Below, one piece after another: positions 23,415 through 35,790 of a stretch of DNA of 64,000 nucleotides (position 1 is the first letter of the stretch; each line of letters begins with the position of its first letter). The stretch lies in the NCBI RefSeq assembly GCF_004010195.1, contig NC_057718.1:64529123-64593122 (forward strand), in the 5' to 3' direction. Position numbers and translations under genes: made by a program. Source of the stretch: Chiloscyllium plagiosum. Its lineage: Eukaryota. The notes beneath the pieces are model-generated. The model saw only the letters and a program-made list of their open reading frames with translations. It was not told the origin of the DNA and did not search any database.

Positions 23415-24529
23415 ACAAATCTGTTAGAATTCTTTGAGGAGGAATGATAATCAAGAAAGGTGAATTGGATATCAAAAAGGCCTTCAATAAGGTGCTGCAC
23501 ATAAAATTAGTGAAAAACATCTTCTCATCTCAGTCTTAAGTTGCTGACACCTTATTATGAGTAACTCTGAGTTCAAGGATCACAAGTCAAGCGAAATATC
23601 CTCCCAAAGTCAAAGCTGTCAAACTATTTAGAGCCTTTGTATATTTCCTTGAGATCCCCTCTTATACTTCTGATTCCAAGGATTATTGGTTCTAGGTTAT
23701 TACTTGATCTCAAAAATCAATCTTGTGAATAGTCATTTCAGTACAGCTAAGGAAATACATCTTCCTTTTGGCAAGGACACTAAAATTATACAGAGTACCC
23801 TAGGTGTATAATTGCAATACAACTTCTTTACTCTTACACTCCAATTCCTTTATAATGAAGGCTAACATACATATGTTTTGGCTAAAAGCCACAAATGTAA
23901 GCAGGGGTAAAAGATCAAACACTTCACTACAAACAATGTTATCTCCAGTTGATGTTTTTGCTATCTGATAGAAATGATCCATATAAACATCTTTCTACTT
24001 AGTACGCTCAGTTCTGCAATTCTCAACACGCCCATCCTTAAATCAAAATAGCAATGTCACTTTGTTATTTGAGAAAAGAGAAAGAAAAATGTTAGGGAGT
24101 TACAGACATATAATTTTGACTTGTATTTATGGCATTCACCAGATGTGCATGTTGCTGTCAGGTGAATACTTATTGTCCTTACAAATGTGACAGTGAGTCA
24201 CCTGAATTACTGTAAGCCATGCCATGAAGCAACTCCCACAATATGAATAGATAGGAGATGTTTCAGGTTTTTCACTCTGTGACATCAATATGTTTGCAAA
24301 TTAGGATTCTTTGTTACTGGGAGGAGATCTTACTGATTCTGCTGTGCCTTTTTGCCTTTGAGGTGATAATTATCATGAGTTCCTTGAAGTTATAATCAAG
24401 GACAGAATGACTAAGCAGTTTGGGCATGGGAATTGAACAACATGAAATTATAAATTGCTGGCCATATTTGATGAATACTAGTTTTCTTTGTTAGGTTAGT
24501 AACAATGTTTGGCAGGGGACTTCCAATGG

Positions 24530-26030
24530 AGATCAGGAGTGTGATGCTGGAAAGCACAGTCAGGCAGGCAGCATCCGAGGAGCAGAAGAGTCGATGTTTT
24601 GAGCATAAACTCTTCATCAGGAATGGGGGAAGGGGCAAGAGAGCTGAGAGATAAATCAGAAGTGGGGGTGAGGGTGGGAGTGGGGTTGGGGGCCGGGGAA
24701 GGTAACTAGGAAGGTGATAGGTAGATGAAGATATGGGCGTAATGGTGATAGGTTGGACCACAGGGTGGAGCAGATAGGTGGGAAGGAAGATGGACATGGA
24801 GGACAGTTCACGAGGGTGGTACTGATTTGGATGGTTGACTGTGGGATAAGGTTGGGAGAGGGGTGATGAGGAAACTGGTGAAATGGACATTGATGCCATG
24901 TGGTTGGAGGGTCCCAAGATGGAAGATCTTCCTCCGGTTGTTGGGTGGCTAGGATTTGGCAGTGAAGGAAGCCCAGAACTTGCATGTCCTTGGCGGAGTG
25001 GGACAGGGAGTTGAAGTGGTCGGCCAGAGGGCGATGGGATTGTTTAGTGCGTGTGTCCCAAAGATTTTCTCTAAAACGTTCTCCAAGTTTGCATCCTGTT
25101 TCCCCAATTTAAAGGAGACCACATCGAGAGCAACAGACACAGGAGGTGAGATATTCGGATGTGCAGGAGAATATCTGTCGGATGTGGAAGGATCATTTGG
25201 ATCCTTGGTTAGAGATGAGGGGGGTAGGTATGGGCACAGGTTTTACACATCTTGCATTGGTGAGGGAAAGTGCCTGGGAATGGAGGGTGGGTTGCTGGGG
25301 GATGTGGACCTAACAAGGGAGCCATGGAGGGAATGCTCTCTGTGGAACGCTGAAAGGGAGGGAAATAGATCTCTGGTGGTGGGGTCTGACTGCAGGCGGC
25401 AGAAATGGCGGAGGATGATACCTTGTATCTGGACATTAGTGGGGTGAAAGGTAAGGACCAGGAGTGTTGTTGCAGTTGGAGGGATAGGGTTCAAGGGCAG
25501 AGGTGCGGGAAGTAGAGGAGATGCACTGGAGGGCATTGTTAACCACATAGTTGAGGAAATTGTGGTCCTTGAAATAGGAGGCCATCTGGGATGTTCTGCT
25601 GTGAAATTGATCCTCCTGGGAGCAGATACAGCAGAGGTAGAGGAATTGAGAGTAAAGGATATCGTTTTTACAGGAGTGGGGTGGGAAGGAGGAGTAGTCC
25701 AGATCGCTGTGGGAGTTGGTGGTTTTGAAATAAATGTCTGTGTTGAGTCGGTTGCCTGAAATGGAAATGGAGAGGTCTAGGAAGGGGAGGGAGGTGTTTG
25801 AGATGGTCCAGATGAACTTGAGGTCAGGGTGGAAGGTGTTTGTGAAGTTGATAAATTGTCCAACATCCTTGTGGGAGCACGAGGTAGCACCGATACAATC
25901 ATCGATGTAGCGGAGGAAAAGGTGGGGAATGGTGCCGGTGTAACTGCGGAACTGTCCCATGTATCCAACGAAGAGGCCGGAATAGCTGGGGCCCATGTGG
26001 GTGCCCAGGGCTAAACCTTTGGTCTGAATG
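24530..26030 (-). mobile_element. 5'-truncated Penelope-like element (RT, GIY-YIG, HHR-bearing terminus)
   Basis: QTKGLALGTHMGPSY..LFLRYIDDCIG (RT); GIY-YIG-like segment at about 24990-25140; terminal HHR (G12A) at about 24592-24620. Confidence 0.9.
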
Positions 26031-26049
26031 GATGTTGTGCTTAGTACCA

Positions 26050-26500
26050 TCTCAGTAATATTACTTATCCCAGTCCCTGCTTTTGTTCATCTGCAATTCA
26101 AACCCTTATTCAGGCCTTTATAACCTCAAAGGTCAAATATTCCAGTGGTCTCTAGGTTAGTAACCCATCTTGCACCACCCCCGCAACATAAATTTGTGTC
26201 ATTCAAATTTGCTGTCCCTATCTGAACTCATAAAAATATTGCTCACATATTGTGCTTGTCAAAAATGTTCTGTCCAGCAAGAATTTAGAATTCTCATCCT
26301 TGTTTTCAAATTCCTCCTTGGTTTTCCATGCCTCTATCTCTATAGAGTCCTCCAGTCTTACAGCTATCTAAGATTCCTGCAATTTTGGCCTCTCATACAT
26401 CCTTGATTTCTATCACTCTTTATTTGGCACCCTGGTTCCTGCTGCAAGGGTTTAGAAACTAACATCTCTTTTGCTTCCATATATCTAAGACACGTTTTAC
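26050..26500 (+). mobile_element. L2-like LINE 3' fragment
   Basis: ACCCTTATTCAGGCCTTTATAACCTCA encodes TLIQAFITS; FRILILVFKFLLG follows. Confidence 0.65.
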
Positions 26501-27229
26501 AACTCTCACGTTGCCCATTGACCATTCAGGATGGTCCTTTTGACAAAGTGCTTCTGAACAAGTCACCAAGTGTTCTAGCCAACAACCTATTCTTTCACTT
26601 CTACCTTCTTTATCGAACTGCTTTTGCTCATTTTCTTTTTCCTTTATCTCTTTCATTGAATGTTTCATTCCATCAGACAGGAATTTGATCACAATACCTG
26701 TTATGAGCCCTTTTATACCCACTGAAGCACTAAAGAGCCTCCAAGGCAGTCAAGAGAATAGAATTGCAATGCCTGCTTAGCCTGCCTTTTGTGCAAAGCA
26801 CCACCTTTGAAAAGGACCATTACCGCAAGGATAAACAGCAATTATCAAATATGAATGCACATTAAAAAGAGGCTATATGCCATTTTGCTGGCTAGCACTG
26901 CAATAAATAACATTTTCTAACAGTGATTACCTGAACTGGGAAAAATAAGTCATTGGTAAAAGTTGAAATATTACATAAAACCATGCTCAGTTTAGTGATT
27001 GAAATTCCCTGACTACACTGCATTTGTACAAGACATTGATACATAAAATAAAAGTTCATGGGACCTTTTGTCAATTTTTACCAACACATTATTACAATAT
27101 TTTTATAGACATTTTCTGAGGACTTCATCAACACCTTATAAGAGTCACCCGGACAAAGATATTGTGTGAATCTTGCACATCTTGCTTGGGGTTCACATTA
27201 TTCTGCAGGAAGAACATGAGGAGGAAGTG

Positions 27230-28020
27230 AGGCCAGAATGAGTAGCACCAGGTGCGAGAGAAGAACCAGGTTTAAGGAGAAATCTTATCAGCAGACTTTT
27301 CAGACAGCACAACACCTACATTCACATTAGCCAAGAGGACTGCATATGAGAGTGCTTATAGGATTTAATAATATTTAATGTGTATACACCAGAACATCCA
27401 GGCTTCCATAGATGATATCCTTCATATGTTACCTTCCTCTGCGTATAAGATGGTACTGAGATTCCATACAATCCAAGAGGTGATTAAAGATCATTCCCAA
27501 TGAGGATTAGAAGCAGAAAATTCTTGAACGTTGAACATGGTTATGCTATTCCCTATGGTCTAGGGTCATAGGGCCATGAATGGCCCTCTTAAACTCAATG
27601 GTACTTGAAAAAATAAAGGGGTTAGATTCCTTCAGAGTGAAGCTTAACTGTGAATTCCAGTAGTACACCATGTAGGTGAATATCTGCTGTCCAGGGAACT
27701 GTTATAATGTTTTTATTATGAGACACTCATCCATTGCACAGATCTTCGAGCCCCCATCGCTGGCCACTGGGTGATCAGGGATACTCTTGTCCCATGAATT
27801 TTGACTCTCCTATAACCTTCCAAAGTCACCAGCTGAACATTTATACAGTGAGATTTAGCCTCCAGGAATACAACTGAGTAGACCACTGTGGTCTTTAAGT
27901 AAGGTTTCGGATGTTTTGACTAGTCAGTTAGTGCCCTGCAGTACTCAAGCATGATCTCCAGGTCTCTAGGTACCCGTTGCATTCTCCATAACATGACCAT
28001 CACATTTGCCTTGCTAAGAT
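27230..28020 (+). pseudogene. PIF/Harbinger transposase relic
   Basis: LGDQGY (about 27767), SRNTTE..FK.GFGCFD..SALQYS and CILHN match the HARBI1-type motifs LGDxGY, TRxxIE..LKxRFRCLD..GALQY and CCxLHN, with stop codons. Confidence 0.7.
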
Positions 28021-28084
28021 GTGGCAACATTTCTTCAATGTTTGGCATTGGGTAGTGAAATCTTTTCTATCCTTTATTGAGAGC

Positions 28085-28430
28085 ATAGAATCATCATTGA
28101 GTCCCCACGATATAGAAACAGGCCATTTGGCCCAACAAGTCCACACCAACTCTCTGAACAGCCTCCCACCCAAACACACCCCTCTACCCTATTGCCAGAA
28201 CCCTGAATTTCCTATGGCTAATCCATCTATTATAAACATCCCTGAACACTATGGGCAATTTAGCACAGCCAGTCCATCTAACCTACACATCTTTGGATTG
28301 TGGATGAAAACCCATGCAGACACAGGGAGAATATGAACTCCACACACAGTCACCCAAGGCTAGAGTTGAACCGGGGGTCCCTGGTGCTGAGGCAGCAGTG
28401 CTTACCTCCGAGCCATCATGCTGCCCCATT
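28085..28430 (-). mobile_element. HE1-like V-SINE, near full length
   Basis: Decayed A and B boxes (GGTTCAACTC), V-domain body and CR1-like tail. Confidence 0.8.
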
Positions 28431-30029
28431 TGGATCTTTGTACTCAGCTTTCCAGGTTGTTTCACTGCTACCATTTTACTAACCCATCTATAGGAGTTGT
28501 CAGTTTCTTGTTGATTCCCTTTTATTTTCCCAGTTCTTTGGTCTTGTTTTTCAGACTGGACTTGTGAGCAACTGGAATTCTCTTTGGCAGATGCTGAGTT
28601 GGCCTTACATTCTCACCTATTTCAAGATCATATTTACCAGGAAGGTATGTGACATCTGTGAAACATTTTTATAACAGGAACACTGCAAATCACAAGAGAT
28701 CTGCAATTTCCATGCAACTGTGCTGGAAGATCAAGCTCGGGAACACGACAGGATGGGAACTGGAGAAAGAACCAGAAGATTGAAGTTAAACTGCCCAATA
28801 ATGGGAGGGCAATTACTGTTATCTAACTGCAGACTCCTTTTTGAGAGATGTCCTTCAACATCAGACATTACAGCACAGTTGCCACGTACTTTGAATTCAG
28901 AGGCTCCATCAAGAAACCTAATATCTGTTGCAGAAGGACAGCTTATAGGTAAAATGAACTGTCATTTCATTATTAACCTCGCAGACCTATATGAAATTGT
29001 TCAAGATGGAAATGCAAAAATGAAGTCATTAAAGGTAAAGTTGACGGAAACTGATGGAAAACGTTCACTCCAAGAGAGCAAATTAAGCTAAAAGAAGATC
29101 TGCACTTCCAGACAGTGAACACGAAACCATATCCATACATCTCAACTGAAACAATCAAAAACTTGGACTGGTAAAACTTCATGTTTCAGAAGAGTTTTGT
29201 AGTGTTCCTAATCTAAAGATGTTTCACAGGTCTCAGATACCTTCACATTCTGTGGAGAGATCGAACCAGCGCAGGGGATAATGAGAGACCATCAGAAAGA
29301 GTAAGAGCTAGCCCAAGGCAGTAGAGAGTTAGCCCAGCACAGTAACGATAGAGGTCCTCCAGCATCTGTGATAGCAGCTACAGCAGATGGCCCAAGGTCT
29401 CCTGGCATGGGTGGCAGTGTCAAGCATGGGGAGATCGAACCTTCGTGGCAAGCCCAGAATGGTTAAGCACTATGGGAAGAGGAAGCAGTGTGAATCTTGC
29501 AGCTGCTCCTGGGATTGCAGGCTTAGTTAAAGATTTACTATAGATTTTTTTTAACAGTTAATTCAGTCATTATCATTTACTAACACAATATTTTTATTCA
29601 ATATGTTTCATTAACATTCAAAAACGTAACAAACTAACAAAAAATCACAATTTTGTTTTGCAAATGGTCTTTTTTTTTAAAATGAGCTCTTCAGGATCTA
29701 AACACTGTTTGTGAAAGTTATTTTTGAAAAACTGCAATTTTCTTTTAAAATAAGGAGTTATGTTTTCATTTTGGGGAGTTAGCTCTGGAGAAGGTTTCTT
29801 TCTTCGAGGAATTTATTGAAGAGGAGTCTATTTTTATTCAGTTAATTAGCTAAGTGGTTGATTTTATTTAAGTTTTATTATATTTGCTCTATATGTTGTT
29901 TTTCATTTTAACATTATTTTCTTGAAATAATGACATATAGTTTATTTATACATAAAGGTGTGAGTGGAAGTTCCTTTTTTAGGTGTAATGTTATTAGGGC
30001 CATAAATGAGGTACAGAGTGAGATGGCTA

Positions 30030-30200
30030 GTAGATTTAGAAGAGTTATTGCACTGCAAGATCAGTCAGATGGGTGGGTGACTGTTGAGAAAGGTAACAAG
30101 GTAGTTCAAAAGTCTCCGGTGGCTTTTCCTCTATCAAATAGATATTCAGTTTTTGGAACTATAGAAGGGGATAGTCTCTCCAAGGAAAATGGATGAAGCA
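30030..30200 (+). mobile_element. CR1 ORF1 fragment
   Basis: WVTVEKG..VQKSPVAFPLSNRYSVF; compare LTLSNRYEIF in the ORF1 at 53736. Confidence 0.65.
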
Positions 30201-30560
30201 GTCAGTAATTCATCCATTGTTCTTTAATCTTACCAGCCTTACCCATCACTGTAACAGGAACACAATGCCTCTGAATTCTTATCATCACATTATTGAACAC
30301 TTCCCACTTATCAGTCCTTTCAGCTGCGAACAATCTATTCCAATCAACTTTTGAAAGTTCTTGTCTCATACCATTAAAATTTGCCTTTCTCCAGTTAAGA
30401 ACTTTAACTTTTAGGCAAGGTTTAACCTTTACTATAACTGTTTGAAATAAAATTATGATCACTGGACCCAAAGTGTTCCCCCACTTCTACATTAGTCTTA
30501 AATGTTATTGCTTTCATCTGAGGTATGTTCCAGTTTTTAAACTCCTGAATGATCCATTCT
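30200..30560 (-). mobile_element. CR1 APE C-terminal fragment
   Basis: VGEHFGSSDHN..VKVLNWRKANF. Confidence 0.8.
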
Positions 30561-31139
30561 CCACCTTGATGAACTGGGAAAGAGCTGTTCACGCTTGCAG
30601 GGGTAACATTGTCTGTTGGAGTCTCCAAAGATTTTGTCCTGTTATGGAGTGGAAATTATCAGCCACTTTGAGTCTTTGCAGCTTTGTTTAGCAAAAATGT
30701 ATTACTAAGGTGGAACTAAGAAAGACCAGCCAATTTAAAATGACAATTATTCCTGACTTTGAACTACATGACTCAGCATCAATAAAATACATGATGTAAT
30801 GGAATGGATTTGGCAGGGTGGACAATACCTGACTAAATGTAGACTTTTTTTTGCAAAGGTTATTAACTTCGTAGGTAGGGGAGTGCCTGTGGAAGTTATT
30901 TTTGATCTTACCTCTGTAACATTGTCTGCCTCTATCCTCATCTTGTCTCTGCTGCCCATATTCCAGCACACACCAAGTTCTGTTTCCAGATCACCCCTGT
31001 GCTTCCTGACCTACATTTCCTATGGTATAGCAATGCCTTATTTTTTAAATGCTCATTATTTTTTCAAATTATTATTCCAGACCCTGTTCAAATCTTTGTA
31101 ACTCTCTCCATTACTCTGCAGTTCAAAGCTGTGCTTTTA

Positions 31140-31495
31140 GAATTACAGAATATTTATAATGTGGAAGCAGGCCATTTGGTCCATGAAGTCCACATCAACT
31201 CTTTGAAGAGTATCCCTCGCAGATCCACCTCACTCCATCCCTGCAACCCTGCATTCTCCATGGCTAATCCACCTAACCTACACATCTCTGGAGACTGTGG
31301 GCAATTTAGCATGACTTAGGCACCTAAACTACGCATCTTTGGACTGTGGGATAAAACCAGAGCACCTAGAAGAAATCCACGCAGACACAGGGAGACTGTG
31401 CAAACTCCACACAGTTATCCAGTGGTGGAAATGAACCTAGGTTCCTGATGCTGTGGGGTAACAGGGCCACCGTGAGCCACTGTGCCACTCCGTGG
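31140..31495 (-). mobile_element. HE1-like V-SINE
   Basis: A box TGGCTCACGG/TGGCACAGTGG, B-box-like GGTTCATTTCC, and V body. Confidence 0.8.
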
Positions 31496-31499
31496 TATA

Positions 31500-32380
31500 A
31501 TAAAACAAAAATAACTTTATTGTTTAGGTTGTTTCATGGAATAAAACACCCCAAGCCATTTCACAGGGGCATATTAGAGCAAATTTGATCCTGAGCTGCA
31601 ATATTAAGGTAGGTTGGTCATACAGACAACATTCAAGAAAAAATACAAAGAACTGCATATGCTCGAAATGAGAAACAAAAACTTACATTGCTGGACAAAC
31701 TCAGGACTGGCAGCACCTTTGGGGAGAAAGTGGTGTGGATTTGTTGGATCTAGTGACCCTTCTTCACAATGGCTTTGAAACAACATTTTTAGGGAGGAAA
31801 GAAAGCTGGAGAAGCAAAGAAGGTTAGGCAGGGAATTCAGGACTTGGGTAGCTGAATGCAAGTTAGCAAATGTGTAGTGAATAAAATTAAAGATGTTCAA
31901 GAAGTCAGAATTAGAATGCTGAGATTTCAAAGTATTGAGGGGGAACTGCAGCAGATTTATGAGATAGAGCGTGGTTTGAAAATAAATAAGAACATTTCAA
32001 AATTGGATTTAGATAAGCATCACATTAGTGTAGGTCCATGAGTGCAATTGGGTGAACAGGATTTGGTACAGCTAAAGGCATGGGCAACAGGATTTTGACT
32101 AAGCTCAAGTTTAATGGAGGTTGACATAGGAGTTGTCCAGAAGTGTAAATAATCAAATCTAGAGATAACAACAACTTAGGTAAGGAATTCAGTAACTGAT
32201 GTGATAAAAATGGAGTTGGTCGATATAATGAAGATGAAAATAGATGGTTTTGGTGATGGGCTTCGATATATTTGGAAACTCAGCTCCGAGTCAAATATGG
32301 AAGTAATGTTTAAATTTAGCCTGACAGTTGGTAGAGAGAGGGAAGGCGTTGATTGCAAGTAATGGAATTAGGTGTTGCCA
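31500..32380 (-). mobile_element. Old L2-like LINE 3' part with a nested family C PLE terminus (about 31635-31770)
   Basis: Similar to the 14180-14800 segment; minus VRLNL.I..IFDSELSF motif. Confidence 0.5.
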
Positions 32381-32429
32381 TATTGAAACAGTATCTTTGC
32401 AGTCGTCTAGACTGCCTTACCTTGTATGC

Positions 32430-32555
32430 ACTGTTAAACTGAGGTCACATTTTCCTTATTATGTTGGTGTAAAAGATCATATGACACACAGCAATCTTGG
32501 TCAATATTAATCCCTCATTCAATATCATAATTACAGGTTACCTGGTTCGTATTAA
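32430..32555 (+). mobile_element. DeuSINE (SacSINE1-like) fragment
   Basis: GTTAAACTGAGG..GTAAAAGATCATATGACAC..AATATTAATCCCTCA resembles the Deu domain. A tail-like sequence resumes at about 37415. Confidence 0.5.
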
Positions 32556-32560
32556 ATCTT

Positions 32561-35500
32561 TAGGAGAAAGTGAGGACCGCAGATTCTGGAGAGTCAGAGT
32601 CAAAAAGTGTGGAGCTGGAAAAGCACAGCAGGTCAGGCAGCACCCAAGGAGCAGGAGAGTTGATGTTTTGGGCATAAACACTTCATCAGGAATGTGGAGG
32701 GGGACGGAGGCTGAGAGGAAAATAAAGAAGTGGGGCTAGGGAGGGAAGATAACTGGGAAGGCAATAAATGGATGCAGCTGGGGGTAATTGTGATGGGTCG
32801 GTGAGGAGGGTGGGGCGGCTAGGTGGGAAGGAATATGGACAGGTAGGACAGATCAAGAGGGTGATGCCGAGTTCGAGGGATGGATCTGGGATGAGGTGGA
32901 GGGAGGGGAGATTTGGAAACAGGTGAAGTCAATGTTGATGCTGTGCGATGGAAGGGTCCCAAGGCGGAAGATGACTCATTCTTCCGCCAGTGTTGGATGA
33001 CTTGGATTTGGTAGTGGAGGTGGCCCAGGAATTGTATATTCTTGATGTAGTGGGAAGGGGAGATGAAGTGGTCAGCCACAGGGCAGTGGGACTTTTTGGT
33101 GCGTGTGTTCCAGATATGTTCCCTGAACTGCTCCGTGAGTTGGCATCCTGTCTCCCGATGTAGAGGAGACCACACCAAGAGCAACAGACACAATACATGA
33201 GGTGGGTGATGTGCAGGAAAATCTCTGCTGGATGTGAAAAGATCCTTTTGGGCCTTGGATGGAGGTTATGGGGTAGGTGTTGGCACAGGTTGCCAGGGAC
33301 GATGCCAGGTGTGGAGGGAGGGGAGGCGTGGACCTAATGAGGGACCCCCAGAGGGAATGGTCTCTGTGGAACACAAATAGGGGTGGGGAAGTAAATATAC
33401 CTGTGGAGTGGGGTCTGATTGTTGGTGGCGGAAATGGTGGAGGATAATGCATTGTGTCCATAGATTAGTGGGTAGAAGGTGAAGACCAGGAGGGTTCTAT
33501 TGTCGTTGCGATTGGAAGTTTGGTGGGGGGGGGAGGGTCAAGGGAGAAGGTGAGGAAATAGAGGAGAGGCATTGAATGGCATTGTGGTCCTTGAAATAGG
33601 AGGCCATTTGGGATATCCTGGTGTGGAAATGCTCCTCCTGGGAGCAGATACGGTGAAGGCAGAAGAATTGGGAGAAAGGGTTTGTTTTTACATAGCGGTA
33701 TGGGGGGATGGGAGGGGGGAGGATGTGATAAGAGGTATAGTCAAGGTAGCTGTGGGAGATGGTGGGTTTGAAATAGAAGTCCATGTTGAGTCGGTCACTG
33801 GAGATGGAGATATCCAGGAAGGGGAGGGAGGTGTCCGAGGTGGTCCATGTGAACCTCAAGTCAGGGTAGAAGGTGCTCGTGAATCTGCCAATTGAATGAA
33901 TGTGGCGGTGGATGGGCACTGGTTGGGTTAGCAGGACAGGAGAAACAAAGGGCTTGAAGGCCTTCACCATGGAGGATGGATGAGTGTAGGGACTGGATGT
34001 CGATAGTGAAGATGAGGCATTGGGTTGGGCAATCAAAAGTCACAGAGGAGATGGAGGGCATGTGAGGCATCCCCCAAATGTATTTGGGGAGTTCTTGGAC
34101 CAAGGGGGCCAAGATGGTGTCAACATAGAGGAGATAAGTTTGGCGGGGAAGGAGCAGCAGATATAATAGGTCTATCGGGGCAGTCAGGTTTTTGGATTTT
34201 GTGAAAGAGCTCGAACCAGGCAGTTTGGGGTTGTGGAACTATAAGGCTGGAGCTGTGGATGGGAGATCCCCTGAGATGATAAGGTCATGGATGGTTTGAG
34301 AAATGATGATTTGGTGATGGGAGGTGAGGTCACAGCCAATGGGGGCAGTAGGAAGAGGTGTCCATGAGTTGGCATCTGGCTTTGGCAATTTGTGGTCGGT
34401 GCGCCAAACTACCATTGTGCCTCCACCCCCCCCCCACTCCCTTGTCAGTTGGTTTAATAGTGAGATTGTGGTTGGTACAGAGGTCCGCAAGTTGCAAGAA
34501 TGAGAGATTGGAGTGGGTAAGACGAGTGGATAGGTTGAAGCTGTCAGTGTCACAGCAGTAGTTGGAGATAAAGAGGTTGAGGAAGGGTAAGAGGCTAACA
34601 CGGGTGTACAAGAGGATGGAATACATTGGAGGTGGGAGAAGGGGTTTACGGCAGGTGGGTGGGGGTCATGATTGAAGAAGTAAGCTTGGTGGTGGAAGCG
34701 GCGGAAGAAAAGTTCAATGAAACAACAGTTACGGATTTCGTTGACCCAGGAAATGATTGTTCATCCTCAGTGAGGGGGCGGTCTGGGGGGGAAGGTAAAA
34801 ATGTAGCAAGGCTAGGGGCTGAGTGTGTAGAGCTGAAGTTGGGGTGGAGATTGTCCCTGGAGTGGAACTGGTCATGTGATTGTTGGCAATGTCACTGGAG
34901 GAAGTAGTGGCAGTCAGGGGAGTGGAACTGAGGCGTTTGGAGGCACCCGTGGGGGCGCAAGTGTCGTTCTGGGTGGCGTTTGTAGAAATGGTGTCTTAGG
35001 TAGTGGCATTCTCGGTGATGGTTGCGGAGGCGACATGGTAGGCAAAGTTTCAGTAAGTGATGTCAGCAGGGGTGGAAGTGCCATGTTTGACGGCAATAGC
35101 AGGGGCAGAAGTGGGATCTGTGGCAGCATAAGGGTGCTTTGAGTGTGTGCAGGGGTGGCAAGGTTGTCGATGGTGTTCTGGTGAGTGACATCAGTAGGGG
35201 TTGAAGTGGCGTTGGCGGTGGCAACCATGGGTTGGAAGTGATGTGGCGGGCAGCGTCTGTGGAGGTTTCAGTGGCAGACTTTCAGCAGCGATTATGGAAG
35301 TGATATGGTTGGCGGTGGCTGTGGTCCGTGGGATGGCAGAAGTGTTGTCAACATTGGCAGTGGTAGTGGCTGTAGCAGCTGCATGGTTAATGGTGCCTGA
35401 CCGGTTCCAGAGGCGAGGGGAAGAGTCTGGTGTGCTCAAGGTATCTTGGGTTTGGAGGTAAGTAGGTGAGAGTTTGGTGTACTTAAGTTCTTTGATGTCT

Positions 35501-35790
35501 GATAAGCTGGAGAAAAAGTGTTTGTTGAGTGTGTGGATCCTTCTCAGGATGAAGAATAGCAGATGTCCTTTGCAGGTCTGGGAGGATATGGCCCTGAGCT
35601 GGGGCAGGGCTGATTGCAGGGAGAGTAGGCAGCGACACATGGCTGCGAGCTTGGAGTGGAGGATCCAGAGGGAGAACCATTTTTGGAAGCTTTGAATTTG
35701 CTGTAGGTAGTGGTTGTTCCAGCCAGGTCCAAATTGAGATGGTCTGAATGTTGTATGGTGTCCATGGGGGAGACGTCAGTTGTGTAGTAG
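32561..35790 (-). mobile_element. Near full-length decayed Penelope-like element
   Basis: N-terminal region; TIKPTDKG (PLE KxxDKG motif); IFTIDIQSL; CSWCGLLYIG (GIY-YIG); terminal HHR at about 32662-32689. The RT core is deleted near 33890. Confidence 0.9.

Larger units (their letters stand above)
20820..23510 (+). mobile_element. Decayed CR1 with ORF1 esterase and ORF2 fragments
   Basis: IIHIGTND at about 21070 and later APE/RT fragments. It contains nested CR1 tails, a PLE terminus and an LTR. Confidence 0.7.

Noticed and set aside
24660..24870. G-rich tracts (also 32700-32910 and 55900-56070) as special G-quadruplex loci
   Set aside because: They are the C-rich 3' UTR of the PLE family read on the opposite strand. 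Nothing is locus-specific.
25436..26050. RT ORF as telomerase, retron or an intact gene
   Set aside because: The YIDD context, downstream GIY-YIG and terminal repeat identify a frameshifted, truncated PLE.
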